Shown piece after piece: positions 9,590-18,860 of a stretch of 64,000 nucleotides of DNA. Both the position numbers and the translations under genes were made by a program. The stretch's first letter is position 1; every line of letters begins with the position of its first letter. The DNA comes from Patescibacteria group bacterium (GTDB lineage: Bacteria; Patescibacteriota; Patescibacteriia; UBA1558; UBA10009), in NCBI GenBank assembly GCA_041662565.1, contig JBAZSE010000003.1, forward strand, positions 44,260 to 108,259. Direction: 5' to 3'. A model generated the notes under the pieces. That model was not told the origin of the DNA. It ran no database searches and was given only the letters and a program-made list of their open reading frames with translations.

Positions 9590-9979
9590 ATGTCATATGA
9601 ATCAAGTAGTCCTGAACAAATTTTACCTCAGGAGGATGCCCTAAAAAAAGCTCACAACGTCCATTTAGCAAACCTAGAGCAGGCCATAAATAATGGCTTT
9701 AACCATGAGGCCTATCAATATTTTGGTAATCTTTACCGTCACTTAACCAAATATAAAAAAATATATGATTTTAATGACGAAGAATCCGGTATAGATTTAA
9801 AAAGCATTGGTAAAAAGGTTGCTGACTTTCTTTTAAATTGGGGCCGTAAATACAAAAAAAAGTCAGGCGCTGTTGAAAATATTAAATGGCTTAATGAAAT
9901 TTTAGCCGATATCGGTTTAACTTACCAGGATATCGGCACCACTGAAATTGAAATCGAAACATTTAAACCAGGTTCATGA
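9590..9979 (+). CDS. Hypothetical protein (129 aa)
   Basis: ATG ORF after promoter; stop overlaps the next ATG (ATGA). Confidence 0.7.
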   Translation: MSYESSSPEQILPQEDALKKAHNVHLANLEQAINNGFNHEAYQYFGNLYRHLTKYKKIYDFNDEESGIDLKSIGKKVADFLLNWGRKYKKKSGAVENIKWLNEILADIGLTYQDIGTTEIEIETFKPGS

Positions 9980-10860
9980 AAATTGATATTCTGGGGATTA
10001 AAATTAACGCTATCACCCAAAATCAAGTTTTAGATCAAGTTGAATCTTTTTTTATTCCTAATGGCCAAACACTGGTCAGTAGCCATCAGCTAATTACGGC
10101 CAATCCCGAAATTATTTTAGAATCGCTAAAACACCACAATTATCAAAACTTGATCAACCAATCATCGTTGGTTTTAGCAGATGGCATTGGATTATTATGG
10201 GCTGCTAAATTTTTGTCACTAAAAAGCAATAATCTTTTTTTTGCCGTTATTCAGGCATTTGTTGCCGGTGCAAGTTTATTGCTTTATCCGGATTACGTTA
10301 AAACAATTATTCCACAAAGAATTACCGGAGTTGATTTAATGGAAAAAATCTGTGAGCTAGCAAGCTCATCTCGAGCGCAGTCGAGAGACGAACTTGCTGG
10401 TCAAAAAAATTTAAAAGTTTATCTACTTGGTGGAGAACATGGAATTGCCAAACAGTGTGCTGATAAACTTAAGGAAAAATATTTTAATTTAAAAATTGTT
10501 GGTGCAGAAACCGGGCCAACGATACACGGATCGCACTACACGATCGAGAAAAATTTAATAGATAACATCATAAACTCAAAAGCCGATATTTTATTTGTTG
10601 CTATGGGAGCTCCCAAACAGGATTTTTTTATTCAACAAATTCTACCCCAATTGCCACAAGTAAAACTGGCTATGGGTGTTGGTGGAGCATTTGATTTTAT
10701 TTCCGGCAAAGCCAAACGCGCTCCGCTTATTTACCAGGATCTGGGAATAGAGTGGTTATTCCGCCTGATAAACGAACCGTGGCGATTTTTACGCATCTTA
10801 AATGCCACTATTAGATTTATGTGGAATGTGATAAAATTCAACCAAATTAGCAACCAATAA
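9976..10860 (+). CDS. WecB/TagA/CpsF family glycosyltransferase (GT26)
   Basis: ITANPE, LADGIG, RITGVDL, LFVAMGAPKQ, GVGGAFDF, KRAP, GIEWLFRL. Confidence 0.93.
   Translation: MKIDILGIKINAITQNQVLDQVESFFIPNGQTLVSSHQLITANPEIILESLKHHNYQNLINQSSLVLADGIGLLWAAKFLSLKSNNLFFAVIQAFVAGASLLLYPDYVKTIIPQRITGVDLMEKICELASSSRAQSRDELAGQKNLKVYLLGGEHGIAKQCADKLKEKYFNLKIVGAETGPTIHGSHYTIEKNLIDNIINSKADILFVAMGAPKQDFFIQQILPQLPQVKLAMGVGGAFDFISGKAKRAPLIYQDLGIEWLFRLINEPWRFLRILNATIRFMWNVIKFNQISNQ
10356..10401. repeat. Palindromic REP-like element inside the tagA-family CDS, in frame
   Basis: Arms GCTAGCAAGCTCATCTC / GAGACGAACTTGCTGGT around loop GAGCGCAGTCGA. Confidence 0.65.
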
Positions 10861-10864
10861 ACAC

Positions 10865-12310
10865 ATGATTAAAACACGTTTTGCGCCATCACCAACCGGC
10901 TATTTGCATATCGGAAGTTTGCGGACAGCCCTTTATAACTACCTTTTTGCCAAGCAAAATAAAGGTATTTTTATGTTGCGTATTGAAGATACTGATCAAA
11001 AAAGGGAAGTATCGGGCGCCCTTGAATCCCTTATTCAAACCCTTCAAAAAATGGGCCTAAATTGGGATGAAGGCCCGGTTATGGATAAAGACCTTAATTT
11101 AACAGAAAAAGGCCAATTTGGGCCATATTTACAGTCAAATCGGCTTAAAATCTATCATGAACAGGCCCTAAAGCTGGTTAAAGAGGGGAAAGCGTATTAT
11201 TGCACTTGTTCACCCGAAAGATTAGCGCAATTAAGAACTGATCAGGAAGCTAAAAATGAAGCGCCTAGATACGACGGACATTGTAGGGATTTGGAAATAA
11301 AAGCTGAAAAGCCGAACGGCAATCAACCATTTGTAATTCGTTTAAAAATTCCCCAAGATAGGGAAGTGGTTTTTAATGATGTGATACGTGGCGAGGTAAA
11401 ATTTAAATCAACCGAAATAGACGATCAGGTTTTAATAAAATCGGACGGTTATCCAACTTATCATTTGGCCAATGTTGTTGACGATCATTTAATGGAAGTT
11501 ACCAATGTGGTTAGAGGAGAGGAATGGTTACCTTCAACTCCAAAACATATTTTGTTATATGAAGCTTTTAGTTGGCAAGCTCCGCAATTTGCCCATCTGC
11601 CGTTATTATTAAACGCAGATAAATCAAAATTATCCAAGCGCCAAGGTGATGTGGCAGTAGAAGATTACTTGGCCAAGGGCTACCTACCGGAAGCTTTGAT
11701 CAATTACGTAGCACTTTTGGGCTGGCATCCAAACAATAACAATGAAATTTTTTCTTTAGCCGATTTGGTAAAACATTTTGATTTGAACAAAGTCCAAAAA
11801 GGCGGAGCCATTTTTGATGTTAACAAGTTAAATTGGTTTAATTGCTATTATATAAAACAACTGCCGGAAAAAGAATTGCTTCAAAGATGCGCGGAATTTT
11901 TACCGAATTTGGATAAAAATATTTTATTAAAAATTCTTAAAGTTGAAAAAGACAGATTAAATAATCTGGGGGATATAGTTGAAAAAGCCAAAATGTTTTT
12001 GGATCTACCCGATTATGATGCCAAAATATTGATCTTCAAAAAATCGACTAAAGAAACAACTCTTAATGGCCTGAACCTGGCTTTATCTGCCTTGGAAAGC
12101 GTTAATGAAAATGATTGGCAAAAAGAAACCTTGAACAAAATTTTATCAAAAACAGTCATAGATAATGGTTTGACTAACGGTGATATTTTTTGGCCTATCA
12201 GAGTAGCCGTTTCCGGGCAAGAAAAAAGCCCGGCTCCGGAAGAGATAATGGAGGTTTTGGGGCAAAAAGACAGTTTAAACAGGATAAACATCGCCATAAA
12301 CAAGCTTTAA
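10865..12310 (+). CDS. gltX: Glutamate--tRNA ligase
   Basis: RFAPSPTGYLHIG, RIEDTD, RGEEW, KLSKR. Confidence 0.97.
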   Translation: MIKTRFAPSPTGYLHIGSLRTALYNYLFAKQNKGIFMLRIEDTDQKREVSGALESLIQTLQKMGLNWDEGPVMDKDLNLTEKGQFGPYLQSNRLKIYHEQALKLVKEGKAYYCTCSPERLAQLRTDQEAKNEAPRYDGHCRDLEIKAEKPNGNQPFVIRLKIPQDREVVFNDVIRGEVKFKSTEIDDQVLIKSDGYPTYHLANVVDDHLMEVTNVVRGEEWLPSTPKHILLYEAFSWQAPQFAHLPLLLNADKSKLSKRQGDVAVEDYLAKGYLPEALINYVALLGWHPNNNNEIFSLADLVKHFDLNKVQKGGAIFDVNKLNWFNCYYIKQLPEKELLQRCAEFLPNLDKNILLKILKVEKDRLNNLGDIVEKAKMFLDLPDYDAKILIFKKSTKETTLNGLNLALSALESVNENDWQKETLNKILSKTVIDNGLTNGDIFWPIRVAVSGQEKSPAPEEIMEVLGQKDSLNRINIAINKL

Positions 12311-12327
12311 AGTTAATTTAATCTATT

Positions 12328-12363
12328 AAAGAACTCATTATTATAACAATGGGTTCTTTTTTT
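12328..12363 (+). terminator. Intrinsic terminator after gltX
   Basis: AAAGAACTCATT...AATGGGTTCTTT followed by a T-run. Confidence 0.65.
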
Positions 12364-12389
12364 AGCTTATTTATGTTATAATTTTGATA

Positions 12390-13649
12390 ATGAACTTAAG
12401 GAAAACAGCTAAAAACTTATTTTTTTCCTTTCTTTTGGCGGTTGGTTTAATATTTCCGCAAAATATTTTTTTATTGGCCCAGGAACAAAGCACCATTACT
12501 ACCGTTGATTCATTGGAGCAAACCGACCCCGAAATTCAGCGCCTAAAAGAAGAAATCAATAAATACCAAAATCAATTAACGGAACTTGATAAACAACGCA
12601 AAACCTACGAAAATTCCATTAGAGTCAAACAGCAATCCATTACCACACTTAAAAACCAAACCGAAATTTTAAATGACAGTATCGCCAAATTAGCTTTAGA
12701 AGTACAGCAAAGCCAACTTCAAATAGAAAAAACCCAGTTGGAAATAGAAAATAACCAGTTGGAAATAAATCAAAAGGAAAAAGAAATTAAAAACCAGCAA
12801 GCAAAAATCGGTGAGGTTATCAGATCCATTGATCAGCATCAGCGCCAAACGAGCTATTTGCAGATATTGATCGTTAAAGGCAACTTAGGCAGCTTTTTTA
12901 AGGAAGCCAGCGAGCTTAAGGTTTTGGAACAGGGTTTGCTTTCACAACTGCAAAACCTTAATGATTTAAAAAACCAAGCCAGTCAAAAAAAAATCGCCTT
13001 GGAAAGCCGTAAAGCGCAGTTGGTAAAATTAACAGGAGTGTTAAAAGATAAAAACGATTTATTGGAAGGCGACAAATCCGCTAAAACCCAACTATTAAGC
13101 AGAACCAAGGGCCAAGAAGCAGAATTTCAAAAATTATTAGCCCAAGTTAAAGCCGAACAAAACAGCATTAACGCCGATATCCAGGATTTGGAATTAAAAG
13201 CCAGGCAAAAATTACAGCAAAGCGGACAACTAACCGACGAAGACAGCTTTATTTGGCCCATACCTTCCAGGACCGTAACCACTTATTTTCATGATCCGGA
13301 TTATCCCTTTAGATATGTTTTTGAACATCCTGCCATTGATGTAGGCAAAACACCGCAAGGCACCCCGTTTAGAGCGGCAAAATCCGGTTATGTAGCCAGG
13401 GTTAAAATTAACGGCTCCTCTTACGGCTATATTTTATTGGTTCACAACGGCGGTTTATCTACCGTTTACGGCCATGCCAGCAAATCATACGTTAATGAAG
13501 GCGATTATGTTATTCAAGGCCAGGTAGTGGGCCTTACCGGCGGAATGCCTGGAACAACCGGTGCCGGCAATTTAACCACAGGACCGCATTTACATTTTGA
13601 GGTGCGACTTAATGGCATACCAGTTGACCCATTGCAATATCTTCCTTAA
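12390..13649 (+). CDS. Coiled-coil M23 peptidase (EnvC-like architecture)
   Basis: Signal peptide, long coiled coil, M23 motifs HPAID, YGH and TGPHLHFEVR. Confidence 0.9.
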   Translation: MNLRKTAKNLFFSFLLAVGLIFPQNIFLLAQEQSTITTVDSLEQTDPEIQRLKEEINKYQNQLTELDKQRKTYENSIRVKQQSITTLKNQTEILNDSIAKLALEVQQSQLQIEKTQLEIENNQLEINQKEKEIKNQQAKIGEVIRSIDQHQRQTSYLQILIVKGNLGSFFKEASELKVLEQGLLSQLQNLNDLKNQASQKKIALESRKAQLVKLTGVLKDKNDLLEGDKSAKTQLLSRTKGQEAEFQKLLAQVKAEQNSINADIQDLELKARQKLQQSGQLTDEDSFIWPIPSRTVTTYFHDPDYPFRYVFEHPAIDVGKTPQGTPFRAAKSGYVARVKINGSSYGYILLVHNGGLSTVYGHASKSYVNEGDYVIQGQVVGLTGGMPGTTGAGNLTTGPHLHFEVRLNGIPVDPLQYLP

Positions 13650-13701
13650 AAATTATTATTGGTTATAATATATTTTTGCGACACTTAAAATCGGCTATAA
13701 C

Positions 13702-13728
13702 AAAAACAGGGTAGGGAACCCTGTTTTT
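13702..13728. terminator. Bidirectional intrinsic terminator
   Basis: AAAAACAGGGT-AGGGA-ACCCTGTTTTT. Confidence 0.75.
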
Positions 13729-13732
13729 ATAT

Positions 13733-13867
13733 TTAGCTTTCTGTAAAACCCACTACGGATAAAATAATTATCAGAGTAAAAATATAAAACCAAACATTGG
13801 CGCCATTTTGCATTAACACAAACATCGCCAACATACCCAGCAAAAGAAGTATTATTATTTTATCCAT
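13733..13867 (-). CDS. Small two-TM membrane protein, 44 aa (not in ORF track)
   Basis: MDKIIILLLLGMLAMFVLMQNGANVWFYIFTLIIILSVVGFTES*; ends right at the terminator. Confidence 0.55.
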   Translation of the reverse strand: MDKIIILLLLGMLAMFVLMQNGANVWFYIFTLIIILSVVGFTES

Positions 13868-13930
13868 ATTTATTTATTGGTTAAAATAGAAAGGGAAGAG
13901 GCCTAATTGCTTGATAAATTGAATAGGGTT

Positions 13931-13958
13931 GTGTCGCACAATATATCTTATACGACGC
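13931..13958. other. dif-like (11-6-11) tyrosine recombinase site candidate
   Basis: GTGTCGCACAA-TATATC-TTATACGACGC; arms are inverted at 8 of 11 positions. Confidence 0.4.
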
Positions 13959-13978
13959 TATAGCATGGATTTTTGGTG

Positions 13979-14839
13979 CTATTTATAAATAACCTGATTT
14001 GGCACTCGTAGGTTAATATAACTTAAGCCATTTAAATCAATCTTGCCGGTATTTAACGAAGCTTTTAATTTATTAATTTGCTGATCCAAAGTACTTAAAT
14101 AATTTACATGAATTTCAAAACCTTTTTTTGTAACAATTTTAAGGTAATTGGCCTGGGAACTATCCACTTTAAAATAATCAAGTTCAATTTGCGGCAAAGC
14201 ATAGTTTTTAAGGTTCAAATATGTTTCCAGAATCAAATTAACCAGCTTATCATTAACTCTGGTTTCGTTGATTGTCGGAATCGCGTTAGAAAGGTCGTAA
14301 ACAACCGGAATCGTTTGATTGGTTAAATCTGCAACATTAAACTGATTACTAATCAATCCGGAAGCTTCCAAAATATAATTTTGTTCGGCGCTGACCCAAA
14401 TTAATCGCCCGAGCTTTTGCTGAATATCAACAAGCAAAGTTTTGGGAAATTTTTTGCTTAATTTATAGTCAGCCAATAAATTACCCTGATTAAGTTTGGA
14501 TTGCAGCCCTTCGGTTGATGCCGTAAAAAAATTGTCACCCTTAAATAGCCAGGATCCGCTCTCTAACAACGATTGTTTTAAGTTTTCTGCCAGTTGTTCG
14601 TTAGTTTGCCCCTCAAGCTGGCCATTAATAACAATTTTACTGATTCTAAACGTTCCGGAATAAAAAAACAAATAAACCAGATAGCAAAAAATTAATCCGG
14701 CCAATACCAAAAAAACTTTTTTTCGCAACTTAACGGCGTCTCCGCGCGTATATTCATGAGCCCGTTTACTGCGTGGCTGGATAATTTCCCTTTTAGCCCT
14801 TAAAGAGCGTTGTTGTGACCAAATAACGTTTCTTTTCAT
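13979..14839 (-). CDS. ftsQ: Cell division protein FtsQ/DivIB-like
   Basis: Basic N-tail, single TM, POTRA-like (FRISKIVING, KKFPKTLLVDI), C-terminal YINLRVPNQV. Confidence 0.75.
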   Translation of the reverse strand: MKRNVIWSQQRSLRAKREIIQPRSKRAHEYTRGDAVKLRKKVFLVLAGLIFCYLVYLFFYSGTFRISKIVINGQLEGQTNEQLAENLKQSLLESGSWLFKGDNFFTASTEGLQSKLNQGNLLADYKLSKKFPKTLLVDIQQKLGRLIWVSAEQNYILEASGLISNQFNVADLTNQTIPVVYDLSNAIPTINETRVNDKLVNLILETYLNLKNYALPQIELDYFKVDSSQANYLKIVTKKGFEIHVNYLSTLDQQINKLKASLNTGKIDLNGLSYINLRVPNQVIYK

Positions 14840-14904
14840 ATATCCCTGCCCTACATTAATTGGTTGTTAATTAAGTGTCGTAAAATATTAATACAAAACA
14901 ATTT

Positions 14905-15957
14905 TTATTTTGGCTTTATAAAATAATAACCGCGTTTTATTCTTCTAGCTGTTTCAATCAGCCAATTAAAATAATATTTACAACTTAACGGTAAATCATA
15001 AGCATGCAATAAATCCACTTCCCTGCCCCCAAAACCCTTCTTAAATAAACTAACGCCTGCCAATGGGTGTTTGGGATTATCATTTGGGCTTACTCCCCAA
15101 AAATTGTAAACAGTGCAGCCGTTTTTAATTGCTTCTAAAATCGAATGCCATTGCAGCAAATACGAAGGAGAAAATTTTGGATGTAAAATATTAGTAGCCG
15201 CTAAATAATATGATGCTCCTTGGCCGTAAAAAATTATAATTGAAGCCGCCTCTACTACATCGTTATAAACGGCAAACTTTAAGCTTATTTGGTTTGGTAA
15301 AAAAAATTTAAAAAGTTTTTGAATAAAAGTTTTGGAAAATGCTTCGTAATTATTTTGTTTTGAATGTTTAAGGTGCAGTTGGTAAAATTTTTCAATATCT
15401 TGATCATTGTTATCCGATTTAATAATCTTAACCCCTTCTTTTTGGGCTCGGGTAATTAAATATCTGCTTGTTTTACGCATTTTAACAAATAACTCCTGGG
15501 CCGGCTCGTTTAAATCCAAAAGCCAGGTTGTTTCGGCATGAACATGCATTGGAGCAAAAAAGTATCCCAACTTATGTAACATATCTCCGTTGGCTACCGT
15601 ACTGGGTAAAATAGTGCTAAGACGAATAAAGTCGGCCTGTTCCGTTTTACCTAAATCATGCAAATAACTTGTCCATTGCTTAAAAAATTCTTTGGCAGTT
15701 AGGGAATCTAAAAATAATGGTCCGTGCGGACACAATAAATAACATCCCCGGCGAGCGGTGATTTTTATGATTAGTCCGACTCCCACCAATTCATTATCCA
15801 GATAACATCCGATTCTAAAAATTTTCTGACCAAATGATTGTTGCAGATTCCCCCATTCCCAACTATGCAAAAAAGTATACCAAGAAGAACTGCAAACAAA
15901 ATTTTGCCAGATTTGGGAATCAGTAATTAGCGAAAATTTTAATTCAACTTCTGCCAT
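14905..15957 (-). CDS. FemABX-family peptidoglycan bridge aminoacyltransferase
   Basis: FLHSWEWG, PHGP, KTSRYLI..A.KEGV, YLLQW, YNFWG, GVSLFKKGFGG. Confidence 0.9.
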   Translation of the reverse strand: MAEVELKFSLITDSQIWQNFVCSSSWYTFLHSWEWGNLQQSFGQKIFRIGCYLDNELVGVGLIIKITARRGCYLLCPHGPLFLDSLTAKEFFKQWTSYLHDLGKTEQADFIRLSTILPSTVANGDMLHKLGYFFAPMHVHAETTWLLDLNEPAQELFVKMRKTSRYLITRAQKEGVKIIKSDNNDQDIEKFYQLHLKHSKQNNYEAFSKTFIQKLFKFFLPNQISLKFAVYNDVVEAASIIIFYGQGASYYLAATNILHPKFSPSYLLQWHSILEAIKNGCTVYNFWGVSPNDNPKHPLAGVSLFKKGFGGREVDLLHAYDLPLSCKYYFNWLIETARRIKRGYYFIKPK

Positions 15958-17186
15958 ATATTTATCAAAGCGGTTATCTTTTGGGCATCATCAAGAGATA
16001 TTCCCCGATGATTAGGTAAATTAAGTGTTTGTCGGGCCGCTTGTTCGGCCACCGGGCAATTTCCCAAAATATAACCGGCCGAACTTAAATTTGCTTTTTG
16101 GGGAGCAATTGTTTGATCATACCAGTTGCCGGCAATCACGCCATGTTGCTTTAAAAAACCAACAAGCGATTTTTTATCCTCAACCAAAATTGTAAAACGA
16201 AGGTAAATGTTCTCGCTTAATGCTTCAAGTGGATAAATTATTTTAATTTTTTCGGTATTTAAATTATGAGCATAATAATAAGCAATTTTTTGACGGTGAA
16301 AATTAACAACCGTTAATTTTTTAAGCTCTGCTAATGCCAATACTGCCAAGCAGTTGGGCAGGGCATAATTTAAAATTGACAAATCACGGCAATTATTTTC
16401 ATTTGCCGAGGTAATTTTAGGTATAAAATTAAATTTCTTAGCTAAGGTGATTATAATTTTACCTAATGACAAAAAATCATACAGACAATAGCTTTTTAGG
16501 GCAATAACTGGATAAAAAATATTCTGCCAAACTTTAATCAACGGCAAATCAGCCAATTTTGTCGGCAAATTATTAAACAAATCTTGATTATTGGTGCAAA
16601 GCATTCCCCCATTGACCGCAGAAATAACTTTATCCCGGCCAAAACTAAAAACCGAAAATTCACCGAAAGTTCCAACCAATTGGTTTTGATACTTAGCTCC
16701 TAATGAATGAGCACAATCTTCCACTAATTTAAGGTTATACTTGGCACAAAGGTGCAAAATTTTACTCAAATCAATGGGCTGGCCAAAAGTGTGTTGAACA
16801 ATAATAACCTTAGCACGCGGACTAATTAATTTTTCCAATTTTTCCAGATCAAAATTTAAATCTGAAAGATTAATATCGCCGTAAACAATTTTAGCGCCAC
16901 AAGCCAAAACCGCATTAGCCACCGAAACGCAAGTATAGGCCTGAACAATCACCTCATCACCCTCCCCTATTTTTAGCGCGCGCAGCCCGTGATACAAAGC
17001 TCCTCGAGCATTGTAAAAAGATCGAGCGTATTTTATTTTAAAATTTTCGATAAAATACTTTTCCAAGTTCTTTGCACCTTGCCCATGCCTTATTTTAAAC
17101 AAACGCCAGGGCAATAAAAAACTTAAAGCTAGCCAAGCCTGGGCCCAAGAAATCGTGGTAAAAAATGATGCAGTAAGAGTTTTCAT
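15939..17186 (-). CDS. DegT/DnrJ/EryC1/StrS-family PLP aminotransferase
   Basis: GDEVIVQAYTC, QHTFG, EDCAHSLG, FSFGRDK (PLP Lys). Start set at ATG 17186 because the upstream part lies in a repeat element. Confidence 0.9.
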   Translation of the reverse strand: MKTLTASFFTTISWAQAWLALSFLLPWRLFKIRHGQGAKNLEKYFIENFKIKYARSFYNARGALYHGLRALKIGEGDEVIVQAYTCVSVANAVLACGAKIVYGDINLSDLNFDLEKLEKLISPRAKVIIVQHTFGQPIDLSKILHLCAKYNLKLVEDCAHSLGAKYQNQLVGTFGEFSVFSFGRDKVISAVNGGMLCTNNQDLFNNLPTKLADLPLIKVWQNIFYPVIALKSYCLYDFLSLGKIIITLAKKFNFIPKITSANENNCRDLSILNYALPNCLAVLALAELKKLTVVNFHRQKIAYYYAHNLNTEKIKIIYPLEALSENIYLRFTILVEDKKSLVGFLKQHGVIAGNWYDQTIAPQKANLSSAGYILGNCPVAEQAARQTLNLPNHRGISLDDAQKITALINIWQKLN

Positions 17187-17188
17187 AA

Positions 17189-17266
17189 GCAACGTAGAGC
17201 AAATCCCGCTAAGCAAAACGAGCCAACCCGCTTCGCCAGAGCTTCAGCGAGGCGAGGGAGTTTACA
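17189..17266. repeat. GC-rich intergenic palindromic element
   Basis: Inner hairpin CGCTTCGC-CAGAGCTTCA-GCGAGGCG; outer arms GCAAATCCC / GGGAGTTTAC. Confidence 0.55.
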
Positions 17267-17271
17267 TGTAA

Positions 17272-18858
17272 TCATATAAATTTTAAATATTTCTGCGATC
17301 TTCTGCCTTCAAACAAAACAACCGCGTTCGAGTTTATTATAGAACTTAAATAATTAACAATCGCACTCTCGCCCTCTTTTTCCAATAAAATTACTTGGTG
17401 CTTAATGCCCAAAGCAATCAATTGGCTTTTAATTATGTTACAGTAATTTTTTCCAACCAAAATTATTTTTTCCAAATCGACTTTTGCCAAAGCAGAAGCT
17501 ACTTGTTTGTGTATTTTAACGGAATCTTTTCCAAGCTCTAAGATATCATCCAAAATAACAACTCTGGGAGAGGAAAAATTTGTTAATGATTCCAGGGCGC
17601 TTAATACCCCGCTGGGATTGGCATTGTAACTGTCGTCAAGTAAAAATAAATTTTGCTTTTTTACCAACTTTAAAGTTTGATCCAGTTGTTTGATTTCAGC
17701 AACTTGTTGGGCTAAATCTTGAAAATCCAAACCCAATGCCAAACCAACAGACATGCCGGCTAAAATATTTAAAATATTATGGGAACCGATTAATGATGTT
17801 TGGCAATTAATACTTTGATTTTTATATTCTACCGTAAAATTTTGAACTCCATTAACAAAACTTATTTTTACTGCCCTTAAATCAACAACGGGGTGATTGA
17901 TGCCGTATCTGATAACAGGATGATTTTGAGGCAAAGCAATATCTCTGATAAATTCATTATCGTAATTTAAAACCAAACAAGCATTTGGCTTGGCATAATG
18001 GATAATTTCCGATTTGGCTTTAATAATGTTATTAAGGCCGCCAAATAAGGCGCTATGCTGTAAATCAAGGCCGGTAATAACCGCCACATCCGGAGGAGCA
18101 ATCTGGCAGCTTTTTTTTATTTCTCCTATTTTATAGGCCGCCATTTCGGCCACAAAAACCTTAAAATTTTGCAAACTGTGATTTAAAATAGTTTGGGCCA
18201 AACCAATCTCGCTATTTTGATTTTTAAATGTTTTAAGCGTGGGCAAATGTTTACTTAAAAACTGATAGGAAATTTCTTTAACGCTGGTTTTGCCGTAACT
18301 ACCCGTAATGCCTACAATTTTTAAATTCGATTGATTGGCAATACGCGATTTTGCTCGTTTAATTAAAATATTCTTTACAAAATATGCAAACGGATAAATA
18401 ATCCCCACGCAACTTGAAACTACTAAAGGCAACACAATTAAAATAAATACTAAAAAAATCAAAGAAAAATTGGATATTAAAGAAAAATAATAACAAGTTA
18501 AAAATGAAAATAAAATAATCAACCGCGCTTTTAAAGTCCATTTAGGCAATACCAATGATTTATTAACAAAAACTTTAAAAAGCAAAAATAGTTCGGCAAA
18601 AATAAAAATAAGGAATAAAAACTTAAAAAGCAATTGATCAGAAGGCAAACAAAAATACAGAATAATAAACGTCAAAATCTCTAAAATGTACGCCTTATTA
18701 AAGAAAGATTTTTTTCCATCAAGAGTTGAAAAATAATCAAGCAATCGATCTGTACGATATTCCTTGATTTGCCAAATGGCAACCCAAAAAATTATACTTT
18801 TGAGCAAAATAATAAACCAAACAACTAAAATAAATATGTTCAAAAAATTATTGGCCAT
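17272..18858 (-). CDS. murF: Mur ligase, MurF-like, with N-terminal TM segments
   Basis: GITGSYGKTSVKE, EMAAY, AKSE, DDSYNANP, ELG; hydrophobic N-terminal ~150 aa. Confidence 0.8.
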   Translation of the reverse strand: MANNFLNIFILVVWFIILLKSIIFWVAIWQIKEYRTDRLLDYFSTLDGKKSFFNKAYILEILTFIILYFCLPSDQLLFKFLFLIFIFAELFLLFKVFVNKSLVLPKWTLKARLIILFSFLTCYYFSLISNFSLIFLVFILIVLPLVVSSCVGIIYPFAYFVKNILIKRAKSRIANQSNLKIVGITGSYGKTSVKEISYQFLSKHLPTLKTFKNQNSEIGLAQTILNHSLQNFKVFVAEMAAYKIGEIKKSCQIAPPDVAVITGLDLQHSALFGGLNNIIKAKSEIIHYAKPNACLVLNYDNEFIRDIALPQNHPVIRYGINHPVVDLRAVKISFVNGVQNFTVEYKNQSINCQTSLIGSHNILNILAGMSVGLALGLDFQDLAQQVAEIKQLDQTLKLVKKQNLFLLDDSYNANPSGVLSALESLTNFSSPRVVILDDILELGKDSVKIHKQVASALAKVDLEKIILVGKNYCNIIKSQLIALGIKHQVILLEKEGESAIVNYLSSIINSNAVVLFEGRRSQKYLKFI

Positions 18859-18860
18859 AG

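Noticed and set aside
12390-15957. M23 plus FemABX as a lysostaphin/immunity bacteriocin pair
   Set aside because: The M23 has a long coiled coil typical of FtsEX-regulated division hydrolases, ftsEX is present, and ftsQ separates the genes. Kept only as a side note.
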